Source: Octopus vulgaris (Eukaryota). Taken from it: a stretch of DNA of 64,000 nt. The position numbers were made by a program, and so were the translations under genes. Positions 50,437-64,000 of the stretch are shown one piece after another (the first letter of the stretch is position 1; every line of letters begins with the position of its first letter). The notes beneath the pieces are model-generated. The model made no database searches and was not told where the DNA came from. It saw only the letters and a list, made by a program, of their open reading frames with translations. The stretch spans positions 76,260,001-76,324,000 of the forward strand of contig OX597826.1 in assembly GCA_951406725.2 (NCBI GenBank). The letters run 5' to 3'.

Positions 50437-52386
50437 ACAGGGTAACGCCATTGGTAAGTGTTGAGAAGGTGAAAGGGGAGAGTGAAGTGTAGTGTCAAAT
50501 ATTTCTATGTTCTCAAAGTCTGACGCGTTTCACTGGTTGCATACGCGTCATGGGTCCGTCATTGCTGTATAAGAGGGTATGAGTAAAGCAAATTTGTCTG
50601 CTTTCTCTAGATTTACTGATCATAGAGAGGATCACCCGTCAGCAGTAGTTTTAAAATAGTCAATAATATCAAGTATCATAGCTTTTAGGGGACGAAAATG
50701 GTGACTGATTTCGTCTCCCAGATCAAACCGTTTCACTTCACAAAGCCAGGAACATGGGATCTCATTTACTTCATCGTTTCTGTTTCTACAGGAATTTAAT
50801 TTCTTGGTGATATTCGAAACAATTTCGCGTGTTTTATTTCGATATATCTACAAGTGTTTTTTTTATAATGCTCACTCGTATTTGTGTGTCAGTTAAAAGA
50901 GCATTTGACTGATTATCGCTCGTTAATTAATATATGTATAATTAATTGTCAATTGAAATATGATATTTGGCACTTTTATGGGGAAAAAAATCAAACATTT
51001 ATAAGCGATAAATCAAAAACATTATTAATTAATAGCATTGTGTGATGAATGCAATGGAAAAGTCGAGGTAAATTGAGAAAGTCGAGCCAGTTATCCGGTT
51101 TCGGTTCTCGATTGACAATAATTCACATCTCTTCCTTTTCGATACGTAAATGGCGAAAGTAGAAGAACGTTACACAATCTCATTTCTATAACTTATAAAC
51201 CCATGGTCTTGAATCAAGCTAATATGATAACAAGCACTTTATATTATCTAGTTTATTAATAATAATAGCAACAGAAGTATCAGGTCCTCCCATAAGTAAT
51301 GTCGTTTATTGTGGTAGGCTTTGAAGAAATAAAAAACAAGTAAGGTAGTATATATTCCCCATCTGAATGAGTTAGTTGGTGTGGTACTTTCACAGCTTGT
51401 ATTATACAGAAACATTTACATGTCGTTTAGTTAGTTGAATACCGAGAAGAAATATACATAAGTCTAACTGCCTAAATTTAAATTGCATATAGCTACATAT
51501 AAACTATATATATATATATAGAATAGAAAGTTTTGAATGGTACAACAATGTACTATAATACAAATAAGGGACTATAATAGCTGTTGTAATTTGACCATCC
51601 ATGGTCTGATATGATATTTCGGAATAATATTCCTTTTTCAGATATTCTTAGATGGAGTTGCTGCTATAATCGGTTTTCCAACGGCTTTTCTTTTTTCGGA
51701 AGAATGTGGAACCACTTCTTAGCCATTATTGTTCTACGATCTACTCTGGCCTGGAGTAGCAATACCTGTCAGGGTTTCAGCTAAGGGTTAATTGCTATAT
51801 TAGGGCTTGCCTACCAATGCAATTGAAGATCTGGTAGACTCTCATTTTACAAAAGCGGCGAAGGCGACTGTAGCAATGCACCGTGGAACGTTGAGAGCAA
51901 GATGTGGCAAGACATCTCGGTCATCCAAGCATCCTTCTCCATCCCTAGTCTTCTTGAGCTGGTGTTGCTACCATATTGAAGATGGGTGAGTGAGGCTGAA
52001 GGTGCCTCACTCTTCTTCATTTTAAACAAAGTTACTACGCAAGTCATCAGTCATCCTTAAGGATGAATAAATGGTCCGCTTCGTTCCGGTGGACGAACAG
52101 GACCATGATAGGTATATATTGCTTTGATGCGGTGCTTAGCTGACCCAACACTGCTGCGAAATCCCATCACGCATCCAACTCGTTTCATCTCCTCGCACGC
52201 CCTTCTCCTCAGATATTTGACGCAGCCATATTGTGAAAGAACCCCAAAGATCTGTGCTCGGTCATATAGCCCTAAGTTATCATTTCAGTCTGATATTTAT
52301 TTCATCGACCTCCCTTTAGAGAACCGCTTGTTAACCGGACATAAAAAAATAGCCTTGATTTTTAACTGGTGAAGGCGTAAAACACA

Positions 52387-52437
<51 letters not shown>

Positions 52438-52493
52438 GCATACGCACGCTCACACAGGTATGTATGTATGTGCATATATATATATATATATAA

Positions 52494-52870
52494 CCTTTTA
52501 TCTGTTTCAGTCACCAGACTGCGGCCATGCTGGATCAAGCCTTGATAAACTTTTAGTCGAATGAATCGAGCCAGTACTTATACTTTTTTAGCTCTCATAC
52601 TTATTCTATCGGTCTCTTATGTCAAACAGGTAGGTTACAGGGACGCAAATAAACCAACACTTGTCAAGCGATGGTCGTGGGAAAACACACACACACACAC
52701 ATATACATTTATATATGACAGACTTCTTTCAGTTTCCCTCTACCAAATCCACGGACAAGGCTTTAGTCGAGGCTGTTGTAGAAGACATTTGTTGAAGGTG
52801 CCATGCAATAGAACTGAGCTCTGAACCATTTGATTGGAAAGCAAACTTCTTACCACACAACCACGACGGC
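52494..52870 (-). mobile_element. SINE S2 copy
   Basis: Same modules, more diverged. Confidence 0.8.
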
Positions 52871-53042
52871 ACATATATATGTATACACACACATATATAT
52901 ATACATATATATGAATGTATACATATATGCATGTATGTATATATGTCTGTATATATATACATATATATGTATGTATACATATATGCATGTATGTATATAT
53001 GTCTGTATATATATACATATATATTATGTATGTATGCATACA

Positions 53043-53097
<55 letters not shown>

Positions 53098-53339
53098 GTG
53101 TGTGTGTTTGTGTATATATATGTGTATGTTTTTTAAAAGCTTTTGTAAAAATTATTTGATACAGTCGCAATAATTGAAATTTTGTAATAAAATATACGAA
53201 CCATTAAAAAATCTTTAAACTCCAACCTTTATGGAAGAAGTTTGCGGATCGTGCGTATTTCGTTGCCCAACGTTTCAAACACACGTGGTCCAGGCTGATG
53301 CGTATAGTGGAAGTTGTTTTTAGTAATGGTGTTGACTAT

Positions 53340-54110
53340 TTCCGGTTTAGTTTCGGATTTACAATTCTTATTAAGTTATTATTTTGCTTTTAGTAGCAGG
53401 TTGCTTTCATATGTTTTTTTTGTGGAAGAGGAATATTTTGAATTTTTCATTTGCCCCAAATCTAGTTACTTACGGCACAGGACGTTTCTAAGACATGAAT
53501 TTATAATTTACTATTTATGGTCATTTACACAATTGGTTAATTTCATTCCTGTTTCTCCAATGTAATTCTCACTGCATTGTAGACATGAGATGCAGCAGAT
53601 GAAACTTTTGGTTTCACAATTCTTGTTTGCATTCGCTTTCAGTTCCTTTCCATTCTTGAATCTCGGTTGTTCCTTATTCAATTATAAAACATTTCCCGCA
53701 ACGAGGGTGTTTACAGTTTCTTACTTGCATCATTTATTTCTCAAATGTCGATCTCACCTTTGATAAGAGTCTTTTGAGATTTGGGGCTTCTCTTTGGCTG
53801 CTGACAATTTCAGATTGTTTTAATTATTTGTTGGAGACTTTTGATGACTGGCGTAGAATTGGGATGCATCGTTTGGCTGAAGGTAGAATATTTATACTCC
53901 CAGTTTTGCTTTCACCCTCAGCGGGAGTGATTCTCCTTAAAGCAGGGATTACCTTTGCTTTGGTTATGGCATAATTTTTTAACTTTTCGGTGTATTTCTG
54001 CTTTCGAAGGAACACATTTAGTTCTACGAGTCGCTTCTCTTGTGGATTTGAGTCTGTAATTATCGAGCTCATATGTCTTGCCATATTAAAATGGTAAGTT
54101 CTTTTTTGTA
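53340..54110 (-). mobile_element. Penelope-like retroelement remnant (post-RT helices and GIY-YIG endonuclease)
   Basis: ARHMSSIITD..QEKRLVELNVFLRKQKY, NCETKSFICCISCLQCSENYIGETG and terminal PKLN. Contains stops and frameshifts. Confidence 0.8.
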
Positions 54111-54784
54111 TGAGAGGGGGGAAACAAAAATACAAATACAAATATAAATATTCCATTTGTAGTTACATATAATGTAAATGTGTGTGTGTATGTTTGTGTG
54201 TGTATATATATGTATATATATGTATATATATGTATATATATATGTATGTCATAGTTTGTGGCAATATGGCGAGATATATATTTTACCGGACTTATTATTG
54301 GTGATGTCTATCAGATTAACAATCTCTTCCACGATCAGCCTTTAGATACGGACGAATTCTCTGGCAAACCGCCATCACCATTTTTCATGGACATGGAGCC
54401 GTTATGTCTACCAGTTCTGAACAGCGTTTTAGATGTTTCTATTGTGAATTATATTGCTCGGCTACTTGTGCTTATGGCATAGAACTCCTTCCATGCACAA
54501 ATGCTAGTGGGTTAATGTCCAAGATAGACAGGCGCAAGGGGAGAACGATACTTTGAAAGAAACAATTTTGATAGGTCAGTACCAAAACGGGACAAATGTA
54601 GTTTGTTTTTCATAATGAAACGTGAGAGTTACTTACGAGAACATTCTTTTTAGAGTTTGCAGAAAAAAATATAAAAAAGTATTCCTGCAAACAGATGCTG
54701 CCACACTAGCATTTCTATAACGATTGTTCTTTTATCACATTTTAGGATTCTATTATTTTGAAGTAAATTACGCGAAGCAAGTGG

Positions 54785-55041
54785 CTTCTTCTTCTTCTTC
54801 TTCTTCTTCTTCTTCTTCTTCTTCTTCTTCTTCTTCTTCTTCTTCTTCTTCTTCTTCTTCTTCTTCTTCTTCTTCTTCTTCTTCTTCTTCTTCTTCTTCT
54901 TCTTCTTCTTCTTCTTCTTCTTCTTCTTCTTCTTCTTCTTCTTCTTCTTCTTCTTCTTCTTCTTCTTCTTCTTCTTCTTCTTCTTCTTCTTCTTCTTCTT
55001 CTTCTTCTTCTTTTTCTTCTTCTTCTTCTTCTTCTTCTTCT

Positions 55042-55072
<31 letters not shown>
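54785..55072. repeat. (CTT)n trinucleotide tract
   Basis: Directly visible, nearly pure. Confidence 0.98.
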
Positions 55073-55149
55073 TTCAGGTCGAGTCCCTATTTGCTGTTGT
55101 TGATTATCCCTGTCAACATCCACCTTCAATTCACTAACCTCCTACCTGT

Positions 55150-55660
55150 AAACTTTCTGCCTTCACACGTTGCTGAGTCTAATGTCTCGGAGGTGTTCCG
55201 CGAACCAGTCAGCCGAGCGGCGTCCCGTTTGACCGATGTACAGAGAAGGACAGAAAGAGCAGGAGATGCAGTAAATGACGTTGCTAGAAGTCTATGTGAA
55301 GGAGTCAGTGATGTGATAGGGACGATGGTAGGTGCCTGTGAGGATGGTGGTGTTGGAGAGGTAGGGGCATGTGCGGTAGCGTGGGTGGGAGCAGGGGAAC
55401 GAGGTTATGGAAGAAACAGTAGACCAGGAAGTCACGTAGGTTGTGCGCTTGTTTGAAGGGGAAGGGGTAGATTGGGGAAGATGTGCAAAGTGGAGGGGTC
55501 GGACTGGAGTCGCCGGAAAGCTCGGAGAATGGTGCATTACAGGGGTAGGATGGAGGGGTGGTAGGTGAGGAGAAACGGGAGAAGAGTAACGGCGGGGTGG
55601 GTGCAGAGAGTAAGAGCAGATGCACGGTCCACGGAAGTGCTCTGGCAAGGGCGGTGTGGA
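55150..55660 (-). mobile_element. Penelope-like retroelement remnant (GIY-YIG with upstream Cys motif)
   Basis: FKQAHNLRDFLV, PCSHPRYRTCPYL, SFT*TSSNVIYCISCSFCPSLYIGQTGRRSADWFAEHLRDI. Confidence 0.88.
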
Positions 55661-55945
55661 TAGTGGTGAGGCATTTCGCCTGGCGTGCTAACGTTTCTGC
55701 CAGCTCGCCGCCTTGATATACACTTACATATTGTGTGTGTGCGTGCATATGTGTGTGTATGTGTGTGTACGCGGGTGCGTTAGTTCCTCACAACCGCTCG
55801 GCAACCGGTGTGGATTATTTACGTTCCTGTAAACTAGCACTTCGGTTGAAAAACAAACGAGAGAATAGGTACACGATTTAAAAAATAAGTACTCCGGTTG
55901 ATTCATTCGACTAAGAAATTCTTCATATACATACTTACGTGCATG

Positions 55946-56014
<69 letters not shown>

Positions 56015-56083
56015 TTATAGATAGATAGATAGATAAAACTTACTTGGAAGAGGATGTGTGGTATTCAGTCATATGATAATATA

Positions 56084-56172
<89 letters not shown>

Positions 56173-56173
56173 C

Positions 56174-56204
<31 letters not shown>

Positions 56205-56215
56205 ATATATATATA

Positions 56216-56260
<45 letters not shown>

Positions 56261-56675
56261 GTATGTATATACTTACATCTATATGTATATATATATATAT
56301 GTATGTGTACATCAAAAAATATACGAAGTACGAGTACATGGTATATGAACTATTTTTTCGAACATATATATACGTGTATATATATATATATATAAAGATG
56401 TATTATATTACCGTTATTAATGATATTAATAAGGTAATAATAAGGTGGCTAGTAAGTTCACACCGTCACAGGCACAATATAAGCTAAATTTAGATTCAGT
56501 ATACAGGTACATACCTATGATTGAATTCATGAATATGTGTGTGTGTGTATATACGTAAAGTGAGATTGGAAGAAAAGCATAGACACATGCATATATACAT
56601 TGATATATTTTATTGCGATTTTAATAAAGCCTTTCATTCTTTCATTTAATCATACATACATACTTTCAAACACAT

Positions 56676-57255
<580 letters not shown>

Positions 57256-57307
57256 ATATATATATATAGATGTGTTTATTGCAAGAGGTATTATATACCC
57301 AACTGAA

Positions 57308-57421
<114 letters not shown>

Positions 57422-57649
57422 TATAAACTTACTTGGAAAAGGATGCGTGGCGTTCGATCTTATAATAATATAAATAATATATAAATATATGCATATATAC
57501 ATACATATATGTACATACCTATGTATGTATATATGCATATATTTATATATTATTTATATTATTATACACACACATACATGTATATATTTAGATGCCCACA
57601 CCCACCCACACACATATATATAACTAAATAGATAGACAGATAGACAAGC

Positions 57650-57706
<57 letters not shown>

Positions 57707-58724
57707 TGCATTTATGCATACATGCATATTTATATATTTATACGTATACGAACGTATGTATATAATGTATATATGTATACAAACATTTGCATGTACATAC
57801 CTTCATATATTAATGCTGATATATACGTGTATACAAATACGTATGTCTGTTTGTAGGTATGTGTGTGTATACATTCACATATATACATACATACATACAT
57901 ACATACATACATACATACCTATACATAATGTATATATATCAATGCATATGCATGTGTGTATACGTTTCTTCCAATCTCACTTTTACGCATATATACGCAC
58001 ACATATCTATGTATCCATTCATACGCATGTACCTGTATACATTATACATTATATATACATCTCTCTCTCTATATAACTCCATACATACTCTGTATACACA
58101 CACACGCACACATATATACATTATGTATGCTTTGCATATATATATATATACGAGTATGTACCTGGTCGTCTGCGTGCGTGTTTCCGTGTTTTTCCGCCCG
58201 TTTTTTTTCTTCCTTTCTCCTTATGTATATTTTACTACGGCTTTAATAACTCCTTTCATTCTTTCATTTAATCATACATGCTTCCACACACATCTGTATG
58301 AATGCCTGTACATACGTATGTATATATGTATATATACATATATATATAAGGGGACACTCTTATAAATAAATAAACACTGTTCCTATGTAAGGTATGTATA
58401 TTGTAATTAACCGCAGCAGTAAATAATACGCAATAAGGGTTCTTATAAATAAGTAATCCCCGTCACCCTCCGTAATGTTTGTATAGTGTGACTTATCGGA
58501 GTCGTTAAATATACACACGGACATCTTGTAAATAACTCAGCGTCTGTATAATGTGCTTATGGTGTGACCTGGGCTGCCGTAAAAATATCCACAACGCTAT
58601 TATTTATTTATTTCATATATACACTCACCCACACACACACACGTACAGGTGGAATATATCGACTCTAACATCAAATACTTTTTGTTGAGATATACATACG
58701 TACGTGTGTGTGTGTTTGTGTGTA

Positions 58725-58781
<57 letters not shown>

Positions 58782-59428
58782 TATCGTCGTAGCGTAGCTT
58801 CAGAGGAGAGAGGAAGAGAGAGAAGAAGAAGAGGTATTATGCTGCGAGTTGCCCAGTAAGTGATGTGTAATTACTACATAGTAAAACGGGAGCTAGCATA
58901 GTTGATGTCGTAAACCGAGCTAACAAAATCGCTTCCGGTTTCTGGATTTGGCGTCGCTATGGAGGTGAGCGAGAGAGAGGGAAAGAAAGAAAGAGAGAGA
59001 GAGAGAGCGAGAAAGAGAAAGAGAGAGAGAGAAGGGGGAGGGATGGAGGGAGAGGAAGAAAGACTGAGATGGAAAAAGGGAAAGAGAAAGAAGACGTTTT
59101 GTGATTGTTTCTTCTCGATTGCTTTTAGAGCTTTGAATATTTTACATTCACTTTGTTGTTGCCGAGTGGTGGGGGTGGTGGTGGTGATGGTGGTGGTGGT
59201 GGTGGTGGTGGTGATGGTGCTTTAGCCCCCAGATTATCCTTGAGCCAAGAGTTCAATGACAGTTGCTCTATCCGTGACCATCTTATATAAAATCCGTGAC
59301 CATCTTTATATAAAATTAGATTAAAAAGTGCTTCTTTATTTTTCTTTTGAAAAGTAGAATCTGATACGAGGTATATTTTGCTGCGATTTCTAGTTGATAG
59401 AAAGACATTGTAGTTTCGCTAGTAGTAA

Positions 59429-59476
<48 letters not shown>

Positions 59477-60193
59477 AAGTGTTCCAGACGTGACTATCGC
59501 ATCTTTTTTCTTTATTTCCAGCATAGTAAATCTAGGATCGTCGCACCCAATTCCCAGTGTGACACGTCGTGTTCTTGAGCAAAAACACTTCATTCCACGT
59601 TGTCCCAGTCCACTCAGCAGCAAATGGGTCACCCTACGACCGAATAGCCTTCCGATCAAGGTAAATGTTAGTCCGCTTACCTAGCCAACGGGGTGGCATC
59701 ATTCGAAAGCTAGCCTGGTCGATCGCATGACCATGTGATAGTATGATGTACGGTTTTTAACTTAGTTCGATCGAGTTTGACGAAAGGTTGTGACCTTTCA
59801 TAATACTTTGGTAACATTAACTGACCGCAGGTCAAAGAGGGTACGCTAATCAGGATCGAAATATCTTCTTGGCCTCTTGATCTGCTAAAAATATTAACCT
59901 AATATTCTAAAGTCACAGCATAGCGACATAAAAATAGGACATATTTAACAATGGCCAACTTTGGTATATCGACAAAACTGCTCTATCCAGCATTGTATTC
60001 AGGAATTATATCGCATCTCAATCTCTGGAAGACCGCCACTAAGTGTCTTAAAATCGGTCCTAAAAGTGTCCTAAAATCGGTGAAGACACAACGGAGTCTT
60101 CAGTTTGTTGTCAATCACAGTTGACACATTGGCCTTCCAGCTACGATCGGCACCAATTATTGGGCGCTGTTTAGCGGAGCCAACTGATACATA

Positions 60194-60494
60194 GATCTCA
60201 CCACGACCTGCAGATAAAACATGGGCTACAGCAAATATTCTGCTCAATACCACAGATTTGCTTGTCAGTTGTTTGACCATAACCAGTTGATCATGTCCCT
60301 TAGTGGCTGACGATATGTGCATCTCTGATCACGAGCAGAAGTAGTGAGGGAGCATCATAGCCGTGTGTTGAAAGGAATTCTTAGAGGTTTGGATAATTCA
60401 CCTTTGGAAACATGGGTGTTTCGTTCAACATCCTTAAACAATCCTTATTCATGGACCTTTTGAGCGGGATGGATCTCACCACGACCTGCAGATA
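60194..60494. mobile_element. 255-bp insertion between perfect 23-bp direct repeats
   Basis: gatctcaccacgacctgcagata at 60194-60216 and 60472-60494. Confidence 0.75.
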
Positions 60495-63400
60495 TGATTC
60501 TTCATAAAAATACTTCACACAATGCCAGAATATTTACAGATGATATCTGACAAACAAGATGCTGCAATGTTTACACTCCATCTCTTTAAGGATCTTAGCG
60601 ACGAATGAATAATTCACTGAATCAACAGACAAGAATCGAAACATGATCGCGACCCCGGTTTACTGAAAATATAGTTTGTAGTGCACACACGGCTGGCTGA
60701 AGACGGTCATTTATCAAAGAGACGTTGAAAATTACACAAATAAAACATGGCCTTGTCTCACCAGGATACACTGGAGCTGATCTACATGTTCTTCCCCCCC
60801 TCTTTCTCCTCCTTGTTGCTATTTATATTCTTCTGTCTCCTCTCACTCACACCTTTACTCTTTCACCCTTTCACTCCCTCTTTCCTTCTCTCTCACTCCG
60901 CTTCCATTTCTCTTTCTTCCACAAACTAATTATTAAACATTTACCGAATTTGGTTTTAGCCAGCGGCAGGCTTTTGGCATCTTCTGCATCTGTTGTTTCT
61001 GTAATTGCTACAATATATTAAGCATTAATTTCGAATCATCATCATCATCATGATGGATAGCACCATCGATGTGGTGCTCGTCGCTGGTGGTCATTGATAT
61101 TATAATGATTATTAAACAGGAATATAAGACACACCTCCACCACAACCACCACCACCCTCGGCATCAGCAATCAGCATCCCTGTCACCCACCACCATCACC
61201 ACCACTAGTCATACAAACGAAAACAACAGCAAAAACGCGCCAACGAGAGTCTTCAAGTGTTCACTCAACCTGTGCAAGAAATAGAAACAATTTTCCCTCA
61301 GAAAAGTATTGTCATAATTGGAAAAACCTTCGGCCACAGACCAGTTCAACCAGCAACAACAACAACAATAAGAAGAACAGCTACAACAACGAGATAAGAA
61401 AACTCCTCAACTGTATCGCGCCCCCAAAACGATGCTGTATTAATATAACTGTGTACAGAATTCCGGTAAAATCCCTAAAATCTAAAGGTTTAGTAGCCAT
61501 AAGCGAGACCAAGATTTCCTTAATGTGATGGAAGTTGTACCTTTAGGCCAGTGGTCAATAATACTCCAACTAAAGCCGATGGTCAGTCTTTTTCAGCCTC
61601 CCAGAAGTATTCTCAGAAATATCTCCCCCTCCACCTCGTCTTAGTGTTAGTGTTTAAGTGTAATGGCTGTACGGTGTGTGAAAGTAGCCGATAAGAGAAG
61701 GAAGGTGTAGCAGAGTCGGTAAACTTTTCAAGCGTTTTCAGCTTTCTGGATTTCTAGAAGGTACCAATATAGACTTAGGTCAGTTAGTATTTAGAGTTTT
61801 ATTGCATCCAAGGATAAGGACAACGTAGAGTATTCCCAGTTCCCTGCGGTTGGCTATCAAGAAGTTTGTTATCAACACGGGATCCTGGAAACTGAACATA
61901 TTCCCAGCACAGAAGGCTTACAGAAAATGGATTAGCGAGCTCATGAGCTGGGAAAGAAGGAAACGATCCTTAACAAACAATGGTCGGTCTCTCGAAAGGG
62001 AAAGTTGTTAGAGTTTAACAAAAAAGTAACGTTAGAGAATAGTAGATTAGAGGGCGAGCTAATCATTATAGCATCGCAAAAAAAAAAACAAGAAATTAAA
62101 AAAAAAAACGAATACCACTGAATTTAATTTAGGCTTTTAGTTTAAGTGAAGTCCTAGGACAGATTTTATATTCCAATGTGACAGCCAACATGTAGAACGA
62201 ATTACAACTGAAAACTTATTCCGGAAGATTTGTAATATCATCAGAGAATGAAAGGAAGTATATTTGCTACGATCGAATGGAAATACGGGTGAATGGGAGA
62301 ATCAGTAAAATTTCACGACTAAAGTATCTTGAAGGGAATTCTTACCACACAGCCTGTGCCTATCATTATTAATTTTGGGAAACCGCGTATCGGTAATGAG
62401 GAATACAGCAAAAGACGAGGAAGATTCATTGCAACCGACTTCACTTTGTCTGCTAGAGTCCATGTTTGAGAAATTTCCACCTCACTATCTCGCAAAATCC
62501 TTTCTCTTCCACACGCAAATTTGAGGGTTTTCTATAAATGTGAAGGAACTTTTGATTTGTCAGTTTGTATAAAAGATTGTTTTTTTTTTTTTTATCTGCT
62601 TGAGAAAACCACAGAGGTCTCAACTTTAATAGTGTTCTTTTCTGATCAGAATATATCATGGATTTCGTTACTCGGTTGTAGCTAATTCACTTACAACTCA
62701 TTCTGGTGATGCCCTGAGAAAACAATAAACGTCACATCTTTGCGTTAACCCTTTCTGCGAAAATGGTGCTCTAATGCTTAGAACCAAACTCATCAATTTT
62801 AAAACAGGTGGCTTGAATTCCTAATAAAAACTGCTCATTTCCTCTACCCTTGAATATATTTGTGTGCGTATGTGCATGCGCGCGTGTTTCGTGTATCATA
62901 TCGTATATGCATAACATAACATAACATAAATAAAACACCGAAACAAAGAACAGGAATATTTATAAAGCCTTTAGCTGTGAAAGGAATTTTTCTTTAAGAA
63001 TAAAAACACTTTTGAGATGTATCATGGACGTAGAGAAAAAAGTGACAGGGAAACTCTTGGCAAATCCGTTTCTCTGTAAATTAGCCGTTCATCAGAAGAG
63101 ACAAACAGCGACCTTTTCCTTGCCGAAACTATAATGGAATGGGAAGCCATATGCCACAGTTGTTTGGGTTGGTCATCACTTGAACGGTCAACAAACTGCG
63201 AAAGATATTCGCCAAGAGTTTATTCCACTTTGTTTCTTCAATATGTTTCCGTTCTCACAGCTAAAGGCGTTCAAATACTCGAGTGCGCGCACACGTACAA
63301 ACACACCTCTCTCATACACACACGCACACACACACACACACGCACACACACATGCACACAACCCAACATACATAACACATAAGGTTTCAAATTTTTGCAC

Positions 63401-63672
63401 AAAGCCAGCAATTTCATAAGGGAGGGAGCAAGTTGATTACATCGATCCCAGGGTTCAACTGGTACTCATCTTATCGACCCCGGAAGGATGAAAAGCAAAG
63501 TCGACCATAGCAGAATTTGAACCCAGAATCTAAAGAACTGGACGAAACGCTTCTAAGCATTTTATCGGACTCGCTAACGATTATACCAGAACGCCGTATA
63601 TATATGTATATGTATACATACATATATACATATATATACACACACACATATCTATATATATGTATGTATATG

Positions 63673-63738
<66 letters not shown>

Positions 63739-64000
63739 CGCACGCTTACGTACATATACATACATACACATGCATATATATATATATATATGTATCTGTG
63801 TATATATATATACACCCTGGCTCACAGGGTCGGTTTCCCGATTTCCTTGACGTATAGGTTCCCCCACCTGGACGGAACGCCGGTCCGCCGCAGGTGAGCT
63901 GCAGGATGCAGGTGGAAAGAGTGTGCATGCGTGGGTGTGTGGTAGGAAACTTGCTTCCGAACCACATGGTTCTGTCCCACTGCGTGACACCTAGGGCAAA

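Noticed and set aside
54650-55137. Poly-Lys and poly-Ser ORFs
   Set aside because: (CTT)n microsatellite.

Overview
Eukaryotic, AT-rich and microsatellite-dense DNA. The SINE repertoire and repeat landscape suggest an octopod cephalopod (inference). One protein-coding gene can be reconstructed: a minus-strand SLC22 (organic cation/anion transporter-like, MFS) gene with 9 coding exons from the ATG at 26345 to about 450. All GT-AG junctions are phase-consistent and give about 562 aa; a last small exon probably lies outside the window. The rest is transposon-derived or simple repeat: a 5'-truncated CR1/L2-group LINE with an open RT ORF, several Tc1/mariner remnants, non-autonomous Helitrons, R4-like and RTE LINE fragments, Penelope-like (GIY-YIG) remnants and several tRNA-derived SINE families. 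The most notable non-obvious signals are: (i) minimal hammerhead-ribozyme motifs in short Penelope-like repeats inserted in (TA)n tracts; (ii) long intronic foldback hairpins; (iii) a 1.2-kb satellite made of TTCN3GAA / GGAAANTTCC words upstream of the gene; (iv) SINE multimers bracketed by single target-site duplications; (v) atypical charge-selectivity residues in the transporter. Almost all long ORFs in the supplied track are microsatellite artefacts. All alignments were done by eye, and TE boundaries are approximate.
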